NCBI GenBank assembly: GCA_965214705.1
Contig: CBDCCI010000001.1
Span: forward strand, 416,001-480,000
Reading direction: 5' to 3'
Origin: Alphaproteobacteria bacterium
Lineage (GTDB): Bacteria > Pseudomonadota > Alphaproteobacteria > UBA828
DNA: 64,000 nucleotides
The notes beneath the pieces are model-generated. The model saw only the letters and a list, made by a program, of their open reading frames with translations, did no database searches and had not been told where the DNA came from. The position numbers and the translations under genes are program-made. This document shows positions 29,537 to 39,420 of this stretch, one piece after another. The stretch's first letter is position 1. Each line of letters starts with the position of its first letter.

Positions 29537-31739
29537 CAGGGCAAATTTGTCCAAGCGGCTGGTAGGCAGTTGAGTTCTGGCCACGGGTTGTGCGGATCGG
29601 CTTTGTTGCGGGGTTTGCGGCGGGGTCTGGCCGAGCATCCGGTTCGGTCAGAGGGTTCTGGCATTACCGTGTGGGCGGTGCGGGCGGTGCCGTCGCGATT
29701 TGGCGGTGCCCCGACATGATGGATCGCGCCACCGGCGTGGTCGGGAGCGAGGGCAGGTACGATCTTTGCGCCCGGCTTGCCGGGCGCCGGGGTTCAGGCC
29801 GGCGCGGCGCGCTTTGCGGTCCTCGGCTGGGTGTTCCCGGTCATTTTCAGGAAGTCGAGGACGGCGCGGACGTTGCGGGCGAGCCTGCGCACGGTCGAGG
29901 CGACCTCGAGCCCCCGGCCCTTGATCAGGCCGATGGCGAAGCGCCGCAGGCGGGTCATGTTCTCGGGGCCGAAGCCTGTGCGTATGCGGCTGCGGTCCTC
30001 GTCCCAGGTCCAGTCGAGGCAGTGGTGCGAGCTGTTCTCGATGCACCAGTGGCCGCGGTTGAGGGCGAGCAGGCTCTGCGCGTTGGCCGTGCCGGGCGTG
30101 TGGCTGGAGATCCCGTAGGCGGTCTCGGTGCCGGTCTCGCCGGTCTTCTTGTCCTGGCGGGAGCGCTCGATCATGAAGACCTGGCCGACGCCCGGGAAGT
30201 CGAGAAAGCCGTTCAACTCCGTGCTCGTCCAGATTGCCCGCTGCTCGATGCGTCCGTGCGACAGCGCGGCCTCCTCCTCGAAGTCGGGCTCACGCTCCGG
30301 CGCCTCTTCGAAGAGCAGCGTCACATCGTCCCGCATGGTCTTCTGGTTCCCTTTCACGATGAACATGAAGTGCGCGCCCCGGTCGAGCAGGTAGCGGGCG
30401 AACTTGCGCTGGGTTAGCAGCGCGTCCGTCGTGACCGTCTTGCCCGCGATGTTCGGGATCAGGTCCACCAGCGCCGTCACGGTGCCGATCTCGTTGGTGC
30501 GCTTTGTCTCCTCGTCGGCCCCGACTTTCAGGAGAAGTTTTTTTGGGCGAGCGTGGCCTTGGTCTCGTGCCCGACCGCGCTCATGACATGAGCCTGGGTC
30601 CCGTCCTCGTCGATGGCCCCCCTCAGGGTCTTGCCGTCGATGGCAAGCGCCGCGTCGCCTGAGCCGTGGGCCTCCTGCCACTTGCGCAACGCCTCGTCCA
30701 ACTGGTCCGGGTCCACCCGGATCACCACATTGCGGATGGTCGACATCGAAGGCGGCCGGCGCACCCCGTCGCGCAGCCGCACGCCGAAGCGGGCCAGCGC
30801 CTTCTCGCCGAGATCGTCGACCCACTCGGACATGGCCTTCCAGCCTCGCATGCCGCAGAGCGTCGCGCCACTCGCAAGCGCGAGCACGCTGGGCAGCGAA
30901 TGCCGCCGTCCCTTGCGCGTGCGGGGGTCGTCGATGTCCTTGAAGTAGGCGTAGAGCGACTCTTGCTGAGCGGCGCTGATCATGGTTCTCGGAACTCCTT
31001 TCTTCCACAACTCCCGATCCAGCCCGGCAGCGGACAGCCGGCGGCAGGCGTCGGGAACCAGGGGGCGCAGCAGCACAAGCTTCGGCGTCGAGCCGGCGAC
31101 ATAGCCCGAGCGGTGGCGCCGGAAGCCGCGGGTCTGGCCGACCGCCAGCCATCCAGCCGCCCGGTAGACCGTGCCCCGGAACCTCGCCGCGTCCACGAAT
31201 GTTTCCAGCATCAGCACGGGGTGGCCGAAGCGGGCCGGCCAGTCGCGCGCCAAGCGCCGCGCGCAAAGCCCCAGCACCCGCGAGCCGAGGTTCGGAACAC
31301 CCCGTCCCGGCAGGATCAGGAAGCGCGCGTTGTTCGCGATCAGATGCAGCCGCCCGTGCTGCGTGCGGAAGTCCCAGCCGATCCACTCGTCCCGCGCCCG
31401 GCACTTGCGCGCCGCAGCCGAAAACACGGCCAGCGCCAGCCACTCGCCGCGCCGATGGGCGACGTACCACGCCGTCGCCCCCACCTTCGCAGACGCACCC
31501 AGGTAGTGATGCCCCTCCATCAGCGCGCGGAACCGGGCCTCGTCCTGCGGCCGGACAGCAGCGACATCGACCTCGGAAAGATCCACCGTAGAAACCGTCC
31601 CCCTGCTCGAAGCCGATCCGCAGCAGAACACCGCGAATCCAGTCGCCTCAATCCATAGCAGGGTTGGCGCGCGCTGACCAGACCCAAGGTCAACTCGTAG
31701 CGCAGAACTCAAAAATCAGGCTTGGACAAATTCGCCCTG
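29537..31739 (-). mobile_element. ISAs1-family element with fused DUF4338 domain (2203 bp)
   Basis: TIR CAGGGCAAATTTGTCCAAGC / GCTTGGACAAATTCGCCCTG; 10-bp TSD GCGTTGCAGA; the empty site is visible in cassette copy 2. Confidence 0.9.
29794..31712 (-). CDS. DUF4338-ISAs1 transposase fusion, joined by a -1 frameshift at the A7 run (30538-30544)
   Basis: The first frame has HHYLG, NNARFLILP, ETFVD..RFRGTVYRAAGW, then DPRTRKGRRH and AIDGKTLRG. The second frame has NEIG, TTDALLTQ, VKGNQ, HGRIE.R, RGHWCIENSSH..LD..WDED. Confidence 0.8.
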
Positions 31740-32190
31740 GCGTTGCAGATTTGGCGCTTGCAAAGGCGCTTGAAATATGGCGTGATTAGGGACGGCGCGC
31801 CGGACGGCATGGAGGATGTCGCGAGGATGTGCAGGAGGGCCGCAGCGACGGGGGGCGGAGGCCCCGGACGGGTTTGGGAGCGTTCCATGGTTCACCGCCG
31901 TGAGGGGCCGTTGGGACGGCCCGCTTGGGCAGGGGCCACCCCGAGGTGGACAAGCGGGAAATGGTGTGGTGGAATTCCCGACTATGGACACTGCCCGAGT
32001 CGTCATGTACGTTGACGGCTGCAATGTTTAACCCAGCGAGGCCTCGCCGAGGCCTCTTCGCAAAAGGAGAGCCTCAGGGGTAGGACATTCGCTACACCCG
32101 CCGATGGCTCCCGCAAGACCCCCTAACCCACCGATATCACAGCATAATCTTCCACCCTCCGGGGCTCCGCCGCCGCGTTGGGTCGCACTG

Positions 32191-33177
32191 TCATACCCTA
32201 ACCGGCATCACTGCGTAAGCGAGTGAATTCGAACTCCAGCGTAGCCCTGTCATATCGATTGTAATGGTTCGGTAATGCCGTGGAGGGGCCGGATTCAGCG
32301 ATTTGAGGGCCCGTTTCCAGTTTTTTCGCAGCGGCCTGAGCCAGATGTCCTTCCTGGGCTTGTCGTAGAGCTTGTGCCGGTCGTAGCGCCCACGCCCCTG
32401 GGTGTTTCCGACGCGGATCCAGCCGGATGCCTTGTAGACGGCGCCGGTGTAGCGCGGGGTCTGGACGAAGGTCTCGATGAGTACGGGCGCGGTGTTGTAG
32501 CGCTCGGCCCAGTCGATGGGCAGGCGGCGGCGGACGATGGCGAGGATGTGCGAGCCCAGGTTGGGGATCTTGATCCAGGGCAGGATCAGGAACCTGGGAT
32601 TGTCGACCACCAGCGGCAGGTTCTTCTCGCGCATCTCAGGGGTCCAGCCGACGAAGGCATCGCGCGGCGCCAGCTTCCAGGCGGCGGTTGAGAAGCCGAG
32701 CATGGCGAGCGGCCAGCCGTTCCGGTCGTGGACGGCGTAGCGCATCTGGGCGCCGACCAGGGTCTTGTAACCGAGGTAGTGGTAGCGGGCGACGAACTCG
32801 TTCCAGAGCTTGCCCTCTCGGGTTCCGCGCACGACGGTGCGCATGTTGAGCGGGCGGACCTCGTCCAGCGCCGTCGGGGCGGGGAAGAGCGGCGGCTCGG
32901 TGTCGGGCCCGAAGACGATCGGCTTTGGCGGACCCGGTTGCCACCTCGGCGGCGGCAGGGTGATCAGACCATCCTTGTGCATGGCCAGCATGGTGACGCG
33001 GGCCATCATGTCCTTCAGGCCTCCGTCGGGCTTGAGCCAGCCGATGCGCCGGCAGAACTCCCTGGACAACGCATGGCGGCTGAGCGGCGGGGGTCCGGCG
33101 ATCAGCGCGCGCAGCAGCGCCATCTCTTCAGCGCTGAAGTCTCGCCCGTAATAGCGGCACTCCACGGTGCCGCTCAC
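32191..33177 (-). CDS. DUF4338 (DruA-like) protein; an extra A near 32302 makes it read past the normal stop
   Basis: RYYGRDF, RYHYLGY, RDAFVGW, NPRFLILPW, ETFV..PRYTGAVYKASGW..VG.TQGRG. The GTG start overlaps the transposase stop (GTGA). Confidence 0.8.
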   Translation of the reverse strand: MSGTVECRYYGRDFSAEEMALLRALIAGPPPLSRHALSREFCRRIGWLKPDGGLKDMMARVTMLAMHKDGLITLPPPRWQPGPPKPIVFGPDTEPPLFPAPTALDEVRPLNMRTVVRGTREGKLWNEFVARYHYLGYKTLVGAQMRYAVHDRNGWPLAMLGFSTAAWKLAPRDAFVGWTPEMREKNLPLVVDNPRFLILPWIKIPNLGSHILAIVRRRLPIDWAERYNTAPVLIETFVQTPRYTGAVYKASGWIRVGNTQGRGRYDRHKLYDKPRKDIWLRPLRKNWKRALKSLNPAPPRHYRTITIDMTGLRWSSNSLAYAVMPVRV

Positions 33178-35673
33178 CCCGGCACCAGGAACTCGCGCCT
33201 GCGCTTCTCGCTCATCGACCACGGCAGCCACGGCTTGAGGTCTTCCGGCGGTTGGCCGCCATTCTCCGCGCACGCCTCCAGCCATGCCCGAAGCCAGCGC
33301 AGGATGTCGATGTCGTTCATCTTGAGGGTGCACACGACCGTGTACATCATCGCCGTGAACTCGGCACCGCGCTCGCTGTCGGAGCCGAAGCTGAGGCGTC
33401 TTCCGATCACCGGCGCCCTCAGCACGCGCTCGGCAAAATTGTTGTCCATCGGGACCGGTGGGTGGTCGACGAAGACGCGCAATCCCTTGCGGTGGTTCAG
33501 CAGCGAGCGCAGCGCCTTGCCCTCGCGTGCCCCGGCCGGCAGGTCGGACAGCTGCCGTTCAGCCTCGGAGAACAAGGCGTCGAGCCCCTCCTTCAGCGCG
33601 CCCTGTGCGGCGTCGAACTCCGGCGTCCGGCGCGCGCAGCCGGGGTCGTAGTGCTTCAGCCGCTCATCGTTCAAGCGGTAGATCTCCGCGATCCGCTCGA
33701 TCCATCCCTGGCACCACTCCGTCAGCCGCACCTGGCCGGCCGCGCAGTCGATGAATGTCCGGCGTTGATGCGCCCAACACCACTGCAGGATCATCTTGCC
33801 GGCGAGATCGCGTGCCAACTTCTTGTAGGCGGACAGGCGGTCGCACACCAGGATCGTGCTGCCGGCGGTGTCGCCGAACAACTTCATCGCGACCTCTGCG
33901 GAACGCGAGGGATCGCTATGGAAGAAGGCCGCGTCTTCGGTCACCGAGGTCCACAGCCAGGAGCGGGCGGAGCCGCCCGTCTCGCGTAGCGAACGGATGC
34001 GCCAGCCGGTCTCGTCGCCGTGGCGCACCGCCGCCTTGTTCTGGTGATCGAGGATCGCTTCCGCCACCGGCTTGAACAGCGGCACGAAGGGCTTGACGCT
34101 GCTGCCCAGCGTCCCCGGCGAGATCGAAAGGCCCATATCGGACATCCATGCCGCGACCCGCTTGAGCGGGCGGAAGCAGGCGTAGCGCTCGTATAGATAC
34201 TGCGACCAGACGCTGATCCCGTAGGGCGTCCTGTCGAACAGGCGCGGCACCGGAGGCGCGATCACCTCCTGGGGCGAGGACGCGCACTCGCAGGCCCGGC
34301 GCCAGCGGGGACGGACGATCCTGCGCTTGTGGGCCTTGACCTCGATCTCGAAGATGGCGCTCTCTTCCGTGCCGTTCGGCGCGTAGGGCTTGCCGCAACA
34401 GGAACAGATGAGCGCGTCCTCCGGCGGGGTCTTCTCTTCTTTCCGCTCCTCGAGCCCGGGCCGCTGGGTGCGGCCATGGCCGGGTGCGCCGCGCTGCTGG
34501 CCGCGCGTGCGCCCAGTGGACGGCTTCTTCTGCTTCTCGCTCTTCCTGCCAAACAGCGTCCTGGATAGCGCCGCTCCGGTCGCGCGAAGCTTGGAAACCC
34601 GCGCCTCCAGCGCCGCGATCCGGGCCTGCGACGTCTTCGCGGCCTTGCGCAGCCGGACGTTCTTCCGGGTCAACGACTTGATCGTGGCCTTCTGGCGCCT
34701 CGATCTCCGCAGGGCCTTGCGCAGATCGGCGTCGGCGCCGGACAAAGCTTCCCTGTGGGCTTTCGATATCCGCAAGACCCTGGCCACCCGGGCCTTCAAC
34801 GTCTCTTCCCTCGCGTCGGCACCCTTCACCGAATGGCGCAACCAGAAGACCTCGTCGGTCAGCGAGATAACTCTGTCCGCCTGATCGCGCCGGTGCCTCA
34901 GCTCCGCGTGAAGCTCAATGACCTCGCCGGACAGCTTTCTACCCGTCGCCTTGAGGTCCTCCGTGCGCTGCCTCTCCTGGTCCAGCTTCTTGTTCAGACG
35001 GCTGACGTCCCTGCGTAGCCCGCTAACCTCTTTGCGTAGCTCACCACGCTCCGCGCGCAAAGACTCGATCGCCTGCTGGCTCTTCGCTGGCGCCGGGGCG
35101 TGTTGACGCTCGCGGCGAGCTGGCGGCGCGGACTTGGACCTGCCGGTGCCAGCCTCCGGCCTGCCCAGCGCACGACGCAGCCGACGAATATCGTCGAGCA
35201 GCTCCTGCACTCGTGCCTCGGCCGCCTTCGCGCGCTTGAGCTCCCGCTCGTACAGAGATTTCCAGTTGCGCGGCGCGCTCGACGGGGTTGCGGCGGGCGG
35301 CGACCAGTTTCCATCGTCGCCCTCGACCAGCGCCAGGTCCGCGCTGAAATCCTCGTCGCGAATCGCCATGCGCTCGACGATATCGCATCCGAAAAACCGT
35401 TACCAGCCCCCGCGCGGGGGCGCTCACCGCGGCGTCGGCGAGCCCGACGCCGCCTCATCGAGACCTTCGTCCAGACCCCGCGCTACTCCGGCGCCGTCTA
35501 CAAGGCATCCGGCTGGATCCGCGTCGGAAACACCCAGGGGCGTGGGCGCTACGACCGGCACAAGCTCTACGACAAGCCCAGGAAGGACATCTGGCTCAGG
35601 CCGCTGCGAAAAGACTGGAAACGGGCCCTCAATCGCTGAATCCGGCCCCTCCACGGCATTACCGAACCATTAC
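32261..35673 (-). mobile_element. IS66-like element carrying DUF4338, with about 220-bp terminal inverted repeats (3413 bp)
   Basis: Termini GTAATGGTTCGG and CCGAACCATTAC; 8-bp TSD TATCGATT; 32261-32481 is inverted at 35454-35673. Confidence 0.9.
33174..35369 (-). CDS. IS66-family transposase with long N-terminal coiled coil
   Basis: LFGRKSEK, GAPGHGR, CSCCG, HGDETGW, CWAHQRR, PMDNNFAERVLR, WLPW. Confidence 0.9.
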   Translation of the reverse strand: MAIRDEDFSADLALVEGDDGNWSPPAATPSSAPRNWKSLYERELKRAKAAEARVQELLDDIRRLRRALGRPEAGTGRSKSAPPARRERQHAPAPAKSQQAIESLRAERGELRKEVSGLRRDVSRLNKKLDQERQRTEDLKATGRKLSGEVIELHAELRHRRDQADRVISLTDEVFWLRHSVKGADAREETLKARVARVLRISKAHREALSGADADLRKALRRSRRQKATIKSLTRKNVRLRKAAKTSQARIAALEARVSKLRATGAALSRTLFGRKSEKQKKPSTGRTRGQQRGAPGHGRTQRPGLEERKEEKTPPEDALICSCCGKPYAPNGTEESAIFEIEVKAHKRRIVRPRWRRACECASSPQEVIAPPVPRLFDRTPYGISVWSQYLYERYACFRPLKRVAAWMSDMGLSISPGTLGSSVKPFVPLFKPVAEAILDHQNKAAVRHGDETGWRIRSLRETGGSARSWLWTSVTEDAAFFHSDPSRSAEVAMKLFGDTAGSTILVCDRLSAYKKLARDLAGKMILQWCWAHQRRTFIDCAAGQVRLTEWCQGWIERIAEIYRLNDERLKHYDPGCARRTPEFDAAQGALKEGLDALFSEAERQLSDLPAGAREGKALRSLLNHRKGLRVFVDHPPVPMDNNFAERVLRAPVIGRRLSFGSDSERGAEFTAMMYTVVCTLKMNDIDILRWLRAWLEACAENGGQPPEDLKPWLPWSMSEKRRREFLVPG

Positions 35674-36011
35674 TATCGATTCGGCGAATCGCCACATTTT
35701 GGGACCTGGCGGTACCCGCGCCGCCGGAATCAAGACCGCCCGCCGGGCAGTGAATACGGATGCGGCCGCGGGACCGGATCGGGGTGGTGGCGGTCTCGAC
35801 CGGGCGCGGCCAGAACCCTCCATCCTGCCTGAGATCGCGAGCCGGCAGCCGTCCGCCAGCCGTCGTGGTCAGTGGAGATCGCCCACTCGCTATTGGGCGC
35901 GGAGGGACGAACGGCGTCCTGGTGCGGGCCCGGACTGCGAGGTCGTGCAGGCCGCTATTCACCGATGCGGTGCAGCCCCCGGCACCGTCCCGCGGGGGCG
36001 GACGATCGGGC

Positions 36012-37043
36012 CTAAGCCGAATTCTCCAGCCGCGCGATCAGCTCGTCGCCCGAAGCGCAGTCGATGATCCACTCGCCAACTTCGGCCAGCCGCGCGGGCT
36101 CCCCGATCTCGGCCAGCAGAGGCGCCGCGCGACCGGCGGCATCCGCGCCGAACTTCCGCTCGATCTGGCGCAGTAGCAGCGCCCGCTCCTGCTCGATGCC
36201 CTGCTCGACGCCCTCGGCACGGCCCTGCTCGCGTTCGGCCTCTTGCCATGCGCGGACCCGGTCCTGAACCGGCGTCCGCAGCTCGCCCGCTTCCTCAAGT
36301 CGCTCCATCTCCTCGAACCCCTCGATCACGGCGCCTCCGGCACCCTGCCCGACAAGCAGGCTGAACCACTCGTGGAATATACGCCGCAAGTCCCGGTGCT
36401 CGGAACCCCGAAGTACCGAAAACGCCTCAAGCAGCGTCGCATACCCTTCCTCAAGCGACGACATCCGCTCGATGCCGATCACCAGGGAAACGACATCGTC
36501 CGGCGGAGAGTCTCCGCCCCCGGCCCGGCCCACGTCAAGCGTCACGTAGCCCGAGCCGGCATAGAGAGGCACAGGGGCCGTGGCGCCGGAGGGCCGGCCC
36601 TCCGGCGCAACCAGCGCCTCGACACTCGCCGCCGCCGTCCATGGCGAGGCGCCGTTGTAGAGCACCACCGGCAGCACTGGCGGCAGACGGTCCGAGGCGC
36701 CGAAGCGGCGGCCCGCCCACAGGCCCCGGTACAGAAGATTGACGTAGGTGTTGACCCGCAGCGCCATCAGGTGGTCCACCGCAGACTGGAACTCGATCAG
36801 CACGAACAGGTAGGCCCAGTCCTCCTCGCCGCCGTCCCGCAGGCACACGCGCCAGACCAGATCGCTCAGGTGGCGGTGCAGGGTGTCGTCGATACGCTCG
36901 GTCGGCACCGGCTCCAGGGTCTGCGGGTCGAAGGCCGCGAGCCACTCGGGGCCGTCGTCGATCATGCCGGCGACGAAGCGGAGCAGGTGCTCGACGGAGA
37001 TCCTTCGGGAGAAGATGGATTTGTAGATCTCGTCGTGACGCAT
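36012..37043 (-). CDS. Rpn/YhgA-like PD-(D/E)XK nuclease (putative transposase)
   Basis: HDEIYKSIFS, SDLVWRV, LIEFQS, LPPVLPVVLYNG..PW, C-terminal EQGRAEGVEQG...LLRQIERKFG. Confidence 0.85.
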   Translation of the reverse strand: MRHDEIYKSIFSRRISVEHLLRFVAGMIDDGPEWLAAFDPQTLEPVPTERIDDTLHRHLSDLVWRVCLRDGGEEDWAYLFVLIEFQSAVDHLMALRVNTYVNLLYRGLWAGRRFGASDRLPPVLPVVLYNGASPWTAAASVEALVAPEGRPSGATAPVPLYAGSGYVTLDVGRAGGGDSPPDDVVSLVIGIERMSSLEEGYATLLEAFSVLRGSEHRDLRRIFHEWFSLLVGQGAGGAVIEGFEEMERLEEAGELRTPVQDRVRAWQEAEREQGRAEGVEQGIEQERALLLRQIERKFGADAAGRAAPLLAEIGEPARLAEVGEWIIDCASGDELIARLENSA

Positions 37044-38017
37044 GGCCGCTTCGTCTCCGGGCGGCCGCGCTCACAATGCAACCGTCGGGCGTGATCGTAG
37101 ACGAGGGCTCGGGGCGAGGCCAGGAACCGGGGCCCCACGCATGATCCTGGCGGAGGGTTCCGCGTGCGTGGCGCAGCACGGGGCCACACTCACGCCATAG
37201 CCGTCCTTTGCTTGCCCGGACGGCTGCCGGGGCGCTACCCTGCCCGACATTGAGCGGCCACGGCCCTAGCGCATCCCTGTTCTGGCCTGCCCGTCGCTTG
37301 AGGTGCCCCGATCTTGGCAGCGGCCGGACGGGACGCCGACCTTACCGGGGCGCTCGTTCCTGTCCTCGTGAGCTGACATGGGCTCATTGGTTCGGGCGTT
37401 CCGGGGGCCGGGAGGGGCGGCCCTCCCGGCTTTTGCCGGTCAGGCAGGGCCGGCGCGGCGTCGGCATCCTCGCCGTCCCCGCCGGAATTCATACGCCGCG
37501 CAGCTTCGCGTCGATCTGCTTCTTCAGGACCCGCGACGCTGCCCAGCGCGCCCTGGACGGCTTGCTGCTCCACCAAGGGTACGACGACATGCCGAGACCG
37601 GCGGAGCGGCGCCACAGGCCGCTCCAGGGACGGCACAGATGCCTTCTGCGAGCGAACAGCGTCGCCTCGCAGAAGCCTCCACGTTCGCTCGCCCCGTCCC
37701 CGTCAGCGTCGCGATCGCCTCTCCGTCCATCGGCCCGGCGGCCACCGGGCACGCCAACGGCATGGTCTCCGCCGGGGGCAGTGATCCGCCTCTCCGCGCA
37801 ACGCCTCCAGCCGACAGCTGACCTGCTGCATCGCAACCCGAACCAAGCCCAAACCAGAGCAGATGCCCGCGGGTCCGGACAGTCACCAGCAGCAATTCCT
37901 CGTCGCGCCCGTGCCGTGCGCCGCCAGGAGCGAGAGGTCGGCCGTGACGCGGGCGGCGGGGGCGGCGCTGTGGAGCGTGTCCCCGCCGTCGGCAGCCACC
38001 ACCGGGGAGACGAAGCC

Positions 38018-38341
38018 ATGCGGACCGGCCGGATGTTCCATCGCGACGCGCAGACCTTCTTGGTCCACCTGTTCGGGCGAGGCCTCGAGGACAACCGCTA
38101 CGTGGTCGAGAAGTACCGCTCCCACCCCGACGGGCAGATTGAGCCCGTCGAGCCGGGCCTGCCCGGGACAAAGGGCCGGCGCAAACAGCGACGCACGATC
38201 GCGAGCCTGGCCGCCGTGAAGAAAATGCGGCCCAGGCAAGACGAGATCATCGTGTGTACCGCGCTCAACCTGAAGGACTCGGGCATGCAGATTTGGGGGA
38301 TCGGCGCGGCCGGGATCTTCGCCACCGGGCGCGCGCGCTGA
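38018..38341 (+). CDS. Hypothetical protein
   Basis: GGGGAGA RBS before ATG; directly upstream of the Zn-finger gene. Confidence 0.5.
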   Translation: MRTGRMFHRDAQTFLVHLFGRGLEDNRYVVEKYRSHPDGQIEPVEPGLPGTKGRRKQRRTIASLAAVKKMRPRQDEIIVCTALNLKDSGMQIWGIGAAGIFATGRAR

Positions 38342-38355
38342 ATGGGGCGCCGGTC

Positions 38356-39174
38356 ATGTCACCGGAGATGCCGGTCAAGGAGGGGGACTGCGGCCGCAGC
38401 CGCCAGCAGCAACTCCGGGCCGAGCGCGCCGATCGAGGGCTTTGTTCAAGATGCGGCAAGTGTCCGCCCGAGCCCGGGCGCTCGAAGTGCGAGCGCTGCC
38501 TCCAACGGCAGCGCGACGCCGACCGCGCCCGCCGCGCCAAAGCCAGGCGGCAAGGAAAGCCCTACGCCGGCCGCGATCCTGACCGTTGCCGTCGCGCCGA
38601 CCGCGCCGGCGACAGGCGGCGGCGGAGGGCGCGGCAGGAGGCGGGACTATGCACGTCCTGTGGCCACCGCCGGCCATCGGACAACCGCTCCGTCTGCGAG
38701 CCGTGCCGCGAGGAGCGGCGCGCACGCGACCGCCGGCGCTATGACGCGCGAAAGGCTGCCGGCCGCTGCGTGCGCTGCAACCAGCTTGCGGTCGGCGGTC
38801 TGTCGCGCTGCGGCCGGTGCCTCGCGCTGGAGAAGGAGCGCGTCTCTCCCGAGCAAAAGAGCGCCGCCGGGAAGAGACGCTATGTCGCTAGGCGCGCGCA
38901 GGGCGCGTGTGTGGATTGTGGGGTCCGCACCGGTGGTGCGGCCCGCTGTGAACGCTGCGCCTATCGTTCCAATTCCCGCGCGCCAGAGCGTCACCTGGCG
39001 GCGCTCTGGCCGCCGCAGATCACCGTGATCGAGTTGCAGAGCTCGCGGGAGCTGGGGACCTTCGAGACGGAGGCCGAGGCCGCCGCCTGCATCGCCTTCG
39101 CCAGGCTGCGGCCCGACCAGGTCGAAGTCCTCTCCAACGTCCCGCTCATGGCGCGCTGCTTCCACCACGATTGA
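38356..39174 (+). CDS. Arg-rich protein with four CxxC-(x8-11)-CxxC repeats
   Basis: GLCSRC..KCERC, GLCTSC..VCEPC, GRCVRC..RCGRC, GACVDC..RCERC. Confidence 0.7.
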   Translation: MSPEMPVKEGDCGRSRQQQLRAERADRGLCSRCGKCPPEPGRSKCERCLQRQRDADRARRAKARRQGKPYAGRDPDRCRRADRAGDRRRRRARQEAGLCTSCGHRRPSDNRSVCEPCREERRARDRRRYDARKAAGRCVRCNQLAVGGLSRCGRCLALEKERVSPEQKSAAGKRRYVARRAQGACVDCGVRTGGAARCERCAYRSNSRAPERHLAALWPPQITVIELQSSRELGTFETEAEAAACIAFARLRPDQVEVLSNVPLMARCFHHD

Positions 39175-39420
39175 GGCGGTCGCCGCCGACGTGCCGATCG
39201 GCACGGCCCGTTCTTCATCTCATACCGCCGTGCGCTCCGCCGCCACTGGATCTGCCGGCCGAACGGTTTGCGATGCCCTCGCGAACCTGGCGGGCGCCGA
39301 GGCGGGCCGAACGCTGGAGAGGTAGGGAGGAGATTCGAGAAGGGTGAACGGAGGAGGTCAAGAGAGTGATCGATCCGTTCGCCAACCATCGTCAGAACTC
39401 GCACGTGAAGGAGCACGATC

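Larger units (their letters stand above)
23691..32074 (+). mobile_element. Dual-integrase cassette copy 1 (4007 bp without ISs), bounded by inverted AGGAGAGCCT
   Basis: Near-identical reverse complement of 53880-62969 once ISs are removed. Ends are CTGAGGCTCTCCT (23688-23700) and AGGAGAGCCTCAG (32065-32077). Confidence 0.85.

Noticed and set aside
32215-32260. GTAAGCG at 32215 as the IS66-like left end
   Set aside because: The TSD TATCGATT and the inverted match place the end at 32261.
29794-33177. Druantia defence system
   Set aside because: DUF4338 occurs only inside IS elements and no DruE-like helicase or other dru genes are present.
37208-38017. Overlapping Arg/Pro-rich ORFs between rpn and the Zn-finger operon
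   Set aside because: No recognisable motifs or RBS; typical high-GC shadow ORFs.
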